Shown here piece after piece: positions 1 to 7,390 of a stretch of 39,057 bases of DNA (position 1 is its first letter; each line of letters starts with the position of its first letter). The position numbers were made by a program, and so were the translations under genes. The stretch spans positions 1-39,057 of the IMG/VR virus record IMGVR_UViG_3300010361_000007; one strand, given 5' to 3'. This stretch comes from a virus (taxonomy: Duplodnaviria; Caudoviricetes). Below the pieces are notes generated by a model. The model did no database searches and had not been told where the DNA came from. It was given only the letters and a program-made list of their open reading frames with translations.

Positions 1-123
1 CATTGGACGAACCAGCGTCCGGGCTCGTGGGTGCAGGTGCGCCTTGCTCTGGCGACGGCGTCTCTGACATCGAGGGTTCTGGGAAAGTCTCAGACGCCGT
101 TACTGTACGTCAACCTGGCGTTA
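1..123. repeat. Terminal direct repeat (copy 1); circularity/assembly overlap
   Basis: 1-123 is identical to 38935-39057 and contains the 5' end of the scaffold gene. Confidence 0.95.
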
Positions 124-166
124 GCAATCTCTTGATGAGCCGGCGCTATAGTGCAGAGCACAAAGA

Positions 167-202
167 CTCCCGCGTCGCGAGTTGGCTCAAGCGACACGGG
201 AG
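167..202. terminator. Long hairpin; intrinsic terminator on - strand and/or structured leader on + strand
   Basis: CTCCCG-C-GTCGC...GCGAC-A-CGGGAG stem; followed by TCTTTGT on the - strand; TATAGT -10-like hexamer at 147-152 on +. Confidence 0.5.
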
Positions 203-233
203 CCGAACACCGAACAAGGATGTAGCTTCTTCG

Positions 234-461
234 ATGCAACAACAGACTAGCGTTTTTCTCGCCGAGGGTATCGTTATCGGTGCCGCTTTGATCCTCGTCA
301 CCGTCCTGGTGCTCGTCCTCAGTCCATTGCTATGGACTGACCATCTGTTCCACAACAGTCATCAAGTCATACCCGCCGGTTGCTCGATCACGACAGCGCT
401 CGGGAGTAGCTCCGTCGGCGTGGCGCACTGCCCGGTGTGGGCGAACTGGGCGCAGTCATGA
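234..461 (+). CDS. Small membrane protein (75 aa)
   Basis: ATG 234 (MQQQTSVFLAEGIVIGAALILVTVLVLVL); one TM segment; stop overlaps the next ATG (ATGA). Confidence 0.55.
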   Translation: MQQQTSVFLAEGIVIGAALILVTVLVLVLSPLLWTDHLFHNSHQVIPAGCSITTALGSSSVGVAHCPVWANWAQS

Positions 462-658
462 ACGCACAACCTGCGGTTGTCACGCACACTGATCTCGAGG
501 CGCTCGAAGGACGCGTCATCGACCGCATCAGCGACGCCCAGCACGCCACGACGCGTTGGATGATTGGCATCGGCTTCGGCATCGTGGCCATCATGGTCGG
601 CCTGTACGGTCCGCTCATCGCCGTGCTCCTGCAAGTGCTCACCCGGTTGCCCCGATGA
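458..658 (+). CDS. Coiled-coil plus C-terminal TM protein (DUF1640/CCDC90-like)
   Basis: VTHTDLEALEGRV...TRWMIGIGFGIVAIMV pattern; ATGA overlaps at both ends. Confidence 0.7.
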   Translation: MNAQPAVVTHTDLEALEGRVIDRISDAQHATTRWMIGIGFGIVAIMVGLYGPLIAVLLQVLTRLPR

Positions 659-819
659 ACATGCAGGTTCTGTACTGGTGGATTGGCGGAATGGCCGCCA
701 TGCTGCTCGTAAATCTGCTGCTGGCCAATTTCATGGGCGCGACGATGTTCGTGCCGTTCATCGCCTTCACCGGCTTCGCCGGCCCAACGCTCAGGCGGCG
801 CCGAGCAGTGCTTGCATGA
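655..819 (+). CDS. Small two-TM membrane protein (54 aa)
   Basis: MNMQVLYWWIGGMAAMLLVNLLLA... hydrophobic with basic tail; ATGA coupling. Confidence 0.55.
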   Translation: MNMQVLYWWIGGMAAMLLVNLLLANFMGATMFVPFIAFTGFAGPTLRRRRAVLA

Positions 820-3800
820 GCGCGCGGTGCTGGGCGGTGCGCAGCATCTGCTGCTCGAGCATGATCTGGTTGCTCGTCACATCCGGGCTATAGCTGACCA
901 CCGGCGCGAGCGCGCCCGTCGGCGTCGCGCGCGCCATGCCAGTGCCGGACTGTGCGACATCACGCAGCACCATCTGGCCCGCGGCCGTTGAGGCGACCTG
1001 GCCGATGTTCTGGAGCGCCGCGCGCTGCGCCAGGGGCGTCATCTGCTGCCACCGATCGGAGTTGACTAACGCGTCGGCCGCACGCTGAATCACCTGGCCG
1101 CGGTACTGCTCGTACGCGAGGCGTTCCTCGGGCCGCAGCCGGATCTCGTTCATCGGCCCATAGGGGATGGTGTCCGGCGTCGCCGAGGGCGCCACGCCGG
1201 CGGATTGCATGGCCGCCAGGATCGGGCTCGGCGTACCGGGGGCGGTCCGCACCGGCAGCATCTCGCCCAGGCCCAGCTGCGGATTGGCCAACGCGCGACC
1301 GAGCACGTCCTGTCTGGCCGGCAGATTCTCGCGCAGGCGGGGGATGTTCTGCATCAGGTTCTCGGCGATGCTCTGCGGCACTTGCCCCGTGGTCTGCGCG
1401 GTGAGAGCCTGCCGCTGGGTCGGGTCGGTCATCTGCGCGATCGAGCGGACAAGACCTGACTCGGGCACCAGGCCGCCGAGCATGCTCGATGCGACGTCCG
1501 TGACACCTCGCAGACCCGTGGCCGCCACACCCCCGGATTGCAGCGCGTCATACAGATTGGCAAAGGTGCGCATCGGCGTGGCTGAGGCAAGTTGCTCGCC
1601 CACCTCGGACACGAGCTGCGCGGCGGCCGTGACGCGCGGGTCCTCGATGCCGTACGCCTGTGGCCCGGCGGCCGCTTGCTTGGCGCGCGCCGCGTTGTAG
1701 GCCTGCACCGCGTCGGCATACGCGCCGGCCATCATCATCGGCCCGCGCAGTTGTGGTGGCAGTTTCTCCCAGCTGTGATAGGCGCCGTCGGGCCCGAGAA
1801 AACTGTTGGGCTGGTTGCCGTCGCCGACCCACACGCGTCGCTGGCCTGGGTCGCTCGGCCCGTTACCCGTGATCGCGCCACTGGTCGCCTTACTGGCCAG
1901 CCACACGCTGAGCGCGGTGCCGATCAGGTTGTTCGTCAGACGTTCGCTGAGCGGGCCGACCGCGCTGCCGGCCGGTGTCGAGCCGAGGCCGGCGGCGTAC
2001 GGACCGCGACCGGTCAGTCCTCGAGCCACGTCGAAGGCCGTACCAGCCAGACCCAGCGGCGTGTGCTCGACCAGCCGGCTCGCCAGGCTCATGCCCATGC
2101 GGTACACGGGGAACAGCGCGTCGCCGACCGGCCCGGCCTGGGTGACAAACCGCCCGAATGCGCTCGTGAGCGTGCCCAGATCGCCGCGGGCCGCGGCGCG
2201 GTCGCCCATCGCCTGGACTTCGCGACTGACCGGCTGCCCGAACTGGCGCTGGAACTCGGTGAACCAGGCGGGGCCACTGTGACCCGCCGCGGACGCGGCT
2301 TCGCCCGCCGCGGCGCCGTGCTCCATGGCCTGGACCAATTGCGACGTCGCGTTCTGAAAGGCTCCGTGCAGTGCGCCGGCACCCTCGAAGACGTTGGCGA
2401 GCACGCCCGGCAGACCACCCCCGGCGCGCGCGGACAACCCGGTTGGTCGCGCCAGGCTGTCGCTCAGACCCTGGAGGAAGTTGTCGGTCCAGTTGACGAG
2501 GCCCGACTGAGCGCCGAGCACGCGACCCTGGAGACGTCCGGGGGTGAAACTGGCGAGATCGCGCACGGCGCCGGTGACGCCGCTAAGCATGGGGGTCAGC
2601 GTGGCATTGAAGGCGACGTCGGCCATCGTATTGAGGCCACTGATGACGCCACCCTTGTACAGGCCCTCGAGCCACTGGCCCAGCGTCGGCGGCGCCAGTC
2701 CCGCGGCGGCACCGCTCGCGCGCGCGGCACCGACGGCACCCGGTACACCCATCGCGATATCGAGGCCAGGCCCGCCCGCGAGCGCGCCGCCGAGCGTGCC
2801 GGCGCCGACTTTGAGCCAACGGTTGGGGTCGTTCGGGTCGGTGGCCAGGTACGTGCCGTAGCCGCCGGCCGCGCCATCTCCGAGTAGACGTGCGTAGGCA
2901 CTGCTCGCTAGAGCTGATTGGCGACCAGCAAGCAAGTCTTTGAGGCCATTGAGTTCTCCTTGAATGTCGGCCTGGGCTTCGGCCTGGGGCCGCGCCGCGC
3001 CTCCCGTTTCGGTGACCTGTTGCGTCAGTTGACGCAGACGGTCGGTCAGATCTGCCGTGCGCTGATCGATCATGCCGCGCAGGCCGGTCAGCACATCGCC
3101 GGCTTCCTGGGGTGCTGCTGGCACAACCGGCTCGAAGGCACCGCCGACCGTGCGTATGAACTGGGTCGCTTCGGGGTTGGCCGCAGCTGCGGCGGCATAT
3201 TTGTTCAGCAGGCTCGGCAGGGGCACCTCCGAAGGCTGCATCTCCAGACCGGTGCGCGGGTCGATCTCGATGCCGCGCGGCGAAAAGCGCTGCATGGCCT
3301 GCGACTCGAGCGGCGCCATCTCCTGGCCGGTGAGTGGGTCGAGCAGCACGCCGCGCGCGGAGTACGTCGCTGGCGCGAGCTCCTGCCCTGGTCCTCGAGC
3401 CAGTAGCGCGGCCGTCTGGTCTGACCACGGGATCGCACGCAGCGGCAACTCCGCGGCCGGCCCCTGCTGCAACAGGCGCAGCGATTGCTCAGACCAGGGC
3501 ACCGCGCTTGCCGCCGGCGCCAGCACGTCGGCCACCGTCGCGGCACCGGCGCGCGTGGCACCACCAGGACCAGCCGCCGCACCGAGACCGGCGAGGCCCG
3601 TCTGCAAGGCGCCACCGAGGATGTCGCCCACGTTGCCGGTCTGGATGCCGCGCGCGATATTCGGTACGCCCTGCTCGACGATCTGCTGGTACGGGTCGAA
3701 CCCAAAATTTTGTCCAGGCCGGGACAAATCGACTGGGGCGAGTAATGGATTCTCGGGCAGCCCGTACTGGGCGTAGCCCGAGCGGGCAAGAGCGTTCTGC

Positions 3801-5773
3801 TGACCGATGAACTGGCCCACGTCGCCGAGGGCCTGCCCGGCCACGTTCGGGATGCCGCTCGCGGTGAGCGCGTTGGATTGCAGCAGATCGTTGACGGTGC
3901 GCGGCACCTGCGACACGCTCGACTGTGCCTGGGTGAGCAGGTCCTGCACACCCGTCGGCGGCTGACCGCCGACGTTGAGCACGGCGTTGGTGATGTCGTC
4001 GACCTTGCCCTTGAGCGCGCCCGTCGGACCACCGAGGATGTCGCCCACCAGTCGCTGGCCTTGCTCGAGCAGCGGCGTCGGGTTGAGCTGGATCGACCCC
4101 GGCGCGGGCGCGTAGGCACCCGGTGGCGTCAGCAACCCGCCCGGCCTGCCCGGCATCGGCTGCGGACTTTCTCCAGTCGCCGGCAGTGGAATCGACAGGG
4201 GCCCGACGTTGAGCGAGCGCGCGGTCGACGCCGCCTGCCCGTCGCCACCCAGTGGATGATCGGCAAACACCGCCGACCGCGCCGCGCCGCCCGACTGCGG
4301 CATGGCGTTGATCTGCTGGGGCGTCATCCACTCGCTACCACCTCGCAGATCGGTGCCACTCGTGCCCACGTGCAATTGGCCCGTCTGGGCGTTGTAGCCG
4401 TCGACGTAGTAGTAGTGGCCCGGCGTGTCGATGATGACCGGGTTGCCACCGCTCGCGTCGCGTCCCACCTGGGCCCAGTCGACGCCCTGCGTGGCGTGCG
4501 CGTCCACGCCCATCGCGTTGAGCAATTTCACCTCGGAGCCGACGCCCTGCATGCCCTCGTTGGGATTCCAGCCGACCTGCTGGGCGAGCTGCTTGGCCTC
4601 GGCCACCGACGGATTCCGCCCGTACGTCTGGGCGAAGGCGATCGCCGCGGTGGGTCCGCAGAACGCGTACGCGTCGCCCGAGCTCAAGCCCAGCCCGAAT
4701 TGTGAGGCGCGTTCGGCGATCTGCGACTTGGCGGCGTCGACGGCCGTGTTGACCGCGCTCAAGCCCTGCTGCGCGAGGTTCTGGACGGTGCCGAGGATGC
4801 CGCCACCGATGTCGTTGTAGGCCGTGGCGTAGTTCTGCCGCGCGGCCGACGTCGGCGTGTCGTAGCCCAGCGGCCGTTCGGCCTGACCGGCGACCCACGA
4901 GGCCTTGTCGGCGCCGGTGAGGCCCTGCGGCGCGTTGCGGTACGCCTGCGCGTACTGCGGCACGATCCTCGAGGCCTGCAACTCGGCGCCGCTCTGGCCG
5001 AGCAGTTGCTCCTCGGGGATGCCGGCCCCCATGCCGCCCATGTCGAACTGGAACAACCCGCGCGCACCCTTGCCGGACCCCATCTCGAAGCCCTGTTGCA
5101 CGCGGTTCGGGTCCCAGCCACTCTCGGCCTTCGCGCCGGCCGCCACGGTGCGAATGAAGTCGGGATCACCCGCCAGGTCCGCGGGCGCGTTCTTCTGAAT
5201 CAATCCCGTCAGCCAGTCGGGCACATTGCCCACCGATTGCGCTGAAATCGCACTAGGCGGGCCGCCAGACGGCGGCGGCGGTGGCGTGGGCTGTGGGAGT
5301 CCTGGCGGCGCAGGCACGCTCTGGAGCGCCGTGGAGGCCCCGCCGAGCAGGTTCTGCATCTGTTGGCCCACCCAGTCGGCGCCGGCGTTGGTCAAATCCG
5401 CGCTCGCGGTCGGCGGCGACGGTTGAGGCGTCGGCACCTGCGGGAGTGGCGCGGCGGGCGCCGGCGTCGGCGTCGGCGTCAAGTCCGTCGGCGTGGGTGG
5501 CGTCGGCGTGGGTGGCGGAGGCGCGATCGGCGTGGGCGGGGGTGCCGGCGTCGGCGTCGGGATCGGCTCGGGTGCGGGCGACACGGGTGGCGGCGCGGCC
5601 ACCGGTGGAGGTGGCTGAGGCACCAGGCTCTGGGCCTGGCGCATGAGCGCCGACATCTGCTGCTGGGCCCAGTCCTGGCCGGCCGAGATGCGCTGGTGCT
5701 GCTGCTGCATCCAGATCTGGCCCGCGCTCTGACGGTACTGGTCGTCATCGAGCCAGATGCCGCTGCCGGCCAT
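791..5773 (-). CDS. Large internal virion/ejection protein with lysozyme-like and peptidase C39-like domains
   Basis: 1660 aa; AESGWDP...ARGLFQF (lysozyme/SLT-type); FCGPTAA...GHYYYVDG (papain-like C39-type); Pro-rich N-terminus; last of a run of large virion genes. Confidence 0.8.
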   Translation of the reverse strand: MAGSGIWLDDDQYRQSAGQIWMQQQHQRISAGQDWAQQQMSALMRQAQSLVPQPPPPVAAPPPVSPAPEPIPTPTPAPPPTPIAPPPPTPTPPTPTDLTPTPTPAPAAPLPQVPTPQPSPPTASADLTNAGADWVGQQMQNLLGGASTALQSVPAPPGLPQPTPPPPPSGGPPSAISAQSVGNVPDWLTGLIQKNAPADLAGDPDFIRTVAAGAKAESGWDPNRVQQGFEMGSGKGARGLFQFDMGGMGAGIPEEQLLGQSGAELQASRIVPQYAQAYRNAPQGLTGADKASWVAGQAERPLGYDTPTSAARQNYATAYNDIGGGILGTVQNLAQQGLSAVNTAVDAAKSQIAERASQFGLGLSSGDAYAFCGPTAAIAFAQTYGRNPSVAEAKQLAQQVGWNPNEGMQGVGSEVKLLNAMGVDAHATQGVDWAQVGRDASGGNPVIIDTPGHYYYVDGYNAQTGQLHVGTSGTDLRGGSEWMTPQQINAMPQSGGAARSAVFADHPLGGDGQAASTARSLNVGPLSIPLPATGESPQPMPGRPGGLLTPPGAYAPAPGSIQLNPTPLLEQGQRLVGDILGGPTGALKGKVDDITNAVLNVGGQPPTGVQDLLTQAQSSVSQVPRTVNDLLQSNALTASGIPNVAGQALGDVGQFIGQQNALARSGYAQYGLPENPLLAPVDLSRPGQNFGFDPYQQIVEQGVPNIARGIQTGNVGDILGGALQTGLAGLGAAAGPGGATRAGAATVADVLAPAASAVPWSEQSLRLLQQGPAAELPLRAIPWSDQTAALLARGPGQELAPATYSARGVLLDPLTGQEMAPLESQAMQRFSPRGIEIDPRTGLEMQPSEVPLPSLLNKYAAAAAANPEATQFIRTVGGAFEPVVPAAPQEAGDVLTGLRGMIDQRTADLTDRLRQLTQQVTETGGAARPQAEAQADIQGELNGLKDLLAGRQSALASSAYARLLGDGAAGGYGTYLATDPNDPNRWLKVGAGTLGGALAGGPGLDIAMGVPGAVGAARASGAAAGLAPPTLGQWLEGLYKGGVISGLNTMADVAFNATLTPMLSGVTGAVRDLASFTPGRLQGRVLGAQSGLVNWTDNFLQGLSDSLARPTGLSARAGGGLPGVLANVFEGAGALHGAFQNATSQLVQAMEHGAAAGEAASAAGHSGPAWFTEFQRQFGQPVSREVQAMGDRAAARGDLGTLTSAFGRFVTQAGPVGDALFPVYRMGMSLASRLVEHTPLGLAGTAFDVARGLTGRGPYAAGLGSTPAGSAVGPLSERLTNNLIGTALSVWLASKATSGAITGNGPSDPGQRRVWVGDGNQPNSFLGPDGAYHSWEKLPPQLRGPMMMAGAYADAVQAYNAARAKQAAAGPQAYGIEDPRVTAAAQLVSEVGEQLASATPMRTFANLYDALQSGGVAATGLRGVTDVASSMLGGLVPESGLVRSIAQMTDPTQRQALTAQTTGQVPQSIAENLMQNIPRLRENLPARQDVLGRALANPQLGLGEMLPVRTAPGTPSPILAAMQSAGVAPSATPDTIPYGPMNEIRLRPEERLAYEQYRGQVIQRAADALVNSDRWQQMTPLAQRAALQNIGQVASTAAGQMVLRDVAQSGTGMARATPTGALAPVVSYSPDVTSNQIMLEQQMLRTAQHRALMQALLGAA

Positions 5774-5776
5774 CGA

Positions 5777-7294
5777 CTACGCCAGTGAGGTCTGGTAGGT
5801 GGGGGCTTGCTGCCCGACGCGGCTGGACTGGTACTGGCTCAAAAAACTCGGCAGCGTATAGCCCGCGGCACCGAGGCCCGAGCCGAAGGCCTGGAGCTCG
5901 TCCGGCGAGAGCCGCTCGAGTGAGCCCGGCGCGAGCGCCTGTGCGCCACGCGAGGCGATGCCACGAATGGCGTCGAGCGTGTTGGCGTAGTTCCAGCCCG
6001 AGGTCGCGCCACCCGTGCCCGCCGCGGCACCGGCGCCCTCGGCCTGACCACCGCCCATGCCGGCCGCAAGCCCGCCCATGCTCGCCGGCGTGGGCGCCTG
6101 CCCACCCGTGCCCGTGAAGGACGGCAGGCCCATGTTGTTCTGCAACGCCTGGAGATACACCGGCACGTTCGGGTTGGCCGCCGCGCCGCGCAGGTAGTTG
6201 GACTGCTGGAAGGTGTTCTGCGGACCCTGCAACTGCGCCGCCGTCGACAGGTACTGCTGGCCGAGTTGCCCCTGTTGCAGCGCGTTCTGCATGTTGAATT
6301 CGCGCGCCTGCTCGGTGGGTGCGCCTTGGAACGTGCCGGTCAGCGCGCCCTGCTGCAAGGCGTTCATCAGGTTGTACTCGCGCGCGGTCTCCGTCGGCGC
6401 GCCGTTGTACATCCCCGAGAGTTGCGCAGCCTGGTTGATGGACTGGAGCGTCTGCTGCGGCTGCGCGGCCGGGTTCTGGTAGCCGGTGGCTTGCAGCGCA
6501 CCATTGACGCCGCGCGCCCACTGCGCCGCGGCCAGCTGTGGGTTGTTCTGGTTGTATTGCAGCCAGTACTGCTGCTGGTCCTGGGGCAAGCTGTAGAACG
6601 ACGCGCCGTTCATGGCCAGACCCTGTTGCAGCATGACGTCCGGGTTCATATTCGGGTTAGTGAACGTGCCGGTGAGTTGCGCGCCCTGCAACGCCTGGTT
6701 GTAGGCCTGCTGCTGGGCTTGCTGGGTCTGCTGAATCGAGCCGGTCTGGGGTGGCCCCTGCGACAGTCGCTGCAAGGTGTCCCAGCTCACCGGCGCGGCG
6801 CTGGAGGTCATCGCCTGCGCGGTCGTGCCACGCTGTCGCGCGAGTTGGTCGAGCGCCTCGGTGGTGATCATCTGCACCGAGCCGTCCTGCTGCACGACGC
6901 CGAAAGCCGGACCCATGCCTGGCTGTTGGCTCGGGGCCGTCAAGACGGTGCCTGCCGCGTACGGGTTGACGCCGGGCTGGGCGAACTGCCCGGTCGCGCC
7001 GGCGATCGCCAGGGCGTTCTGCAACTGCTGGCCGAGCAGTCCCTGCTGTGCCTGCTGCTGGGCTTGTGTGGGCGTACCGGCCGGTGGTTGCGTCGGGCCG
7101 CCCGCGCCCCAGGTCATCCAGTTACCACTCGGCGCGAACCCGAACTGCGTCCCGTACGCCTGGGCCTGGGCGAGGGCGGCCTGCTGCTGCTGGAATTGCA
7201 GCGCTTGCAGGAACATCTGCATCTGCTGGTTGAGCCCAGCCGTGTAGCCGCCGGAGGTCTGGCCAAAGAACGTGCCGAGCGGGTCTGTCAGCAA
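5777..7294 (-). CDS. Gln/Ala/Gly-rich internal virion (ejection) protein; start codon non-canonical or uncertain
   Basis: 505-aa ORF with internal repeats (GAPTETAREYN/GAPTEQAREFN); in-frame TGA at 7303-7301 limits upstream extension; SD AAGGAGG at 7301-7295. Confidence 0.8.
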   Translation of the reverse strand: MLTDPLGTFFGQTSGGYTAGLNQQMQMFLQALQFQQQQAALAQAQAYGTQFGFAPSGNWMTWGAGGPTQPPAGTPTQAQQQAQQGLLGQQLQNALAIAGATGQFAQPGVNPYAAGTVLTAPSQQPGMGPAFGVVQQDGSVQMITTEALDQLARQRGTTAQAMTSSAAPVSWDTLQRLSQGPPQTGSIQQTQQAQQQAYNQALQGAQLTGTFTNPNMNPDVMLQQGLAMNGASFYSLPQDQQQYWLQYNQNNPQLAAAQWARGVNGALQATGYQNPAAQPQQTLQSINQAAQLSGMYNGAPTETAREYNLMNALQQGALTGTFQGAPTEQAREFNMQNALQQGQLGQQYLSTAAQLQGPQNTFQQSNYLRGAAANPNVPVYLQALQNNMGLPSFTGTGGQAPTPASMGGLAAGMGGGQAEGAGAAAGTGGATSGWNYANTLDAIRGIASRGAQALAPGSLERLSPDELQAFGSGLGAAGYTLPSFLSQYQSSRVGQQAPTYQTSLA

Positions 7295-7304
7295 CCTCCT
7301 TCAC

Positions 7305-7379
7305 TGGTTGCGGGGCCAGGACTCGAACCCGGCTCTGCACCTGACAGAGGTGCCATGCTACCCACTACACCACCCCGCG
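7305..7379 (-). tRNA. Atypical tRNA: initiator-like acceptor stem (C1:A72), anticodon UGU (Thr-type), encoded CCA
   Basis: Folds as CGCGGGG TG GTGT AGTGGGTA GCAT G GCACC TCTGTCA GGTGC AGAG CCGGG TTCGAGT CCTGG CCCCGCA A CCA; C33 and C37 are non-canonical. Confidence 0.85.
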
Positions 7380-7390
7380 CCATCATCGCG

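Noticed and set aside
3-233. N-terminal half of the 152-aa ORF 3-461
   Set aside because: It overlaps the scaffold start antisense and the hairpin/promoter region; ATG 234 is the more plausible start.
5400-5620. GGCGTC-type short tandem repeats as CRISPR or VNTR
   Set aside because: They encode the Pro/Thr linker; there is no repeat-spacer structure.
7341-7349. Reading the tRNA as Asp (GUC) or opal suppressor (UCA)
   Set aside because: The GCACC/GGTGC stem centres UGU; other registers break the stem symmetry.
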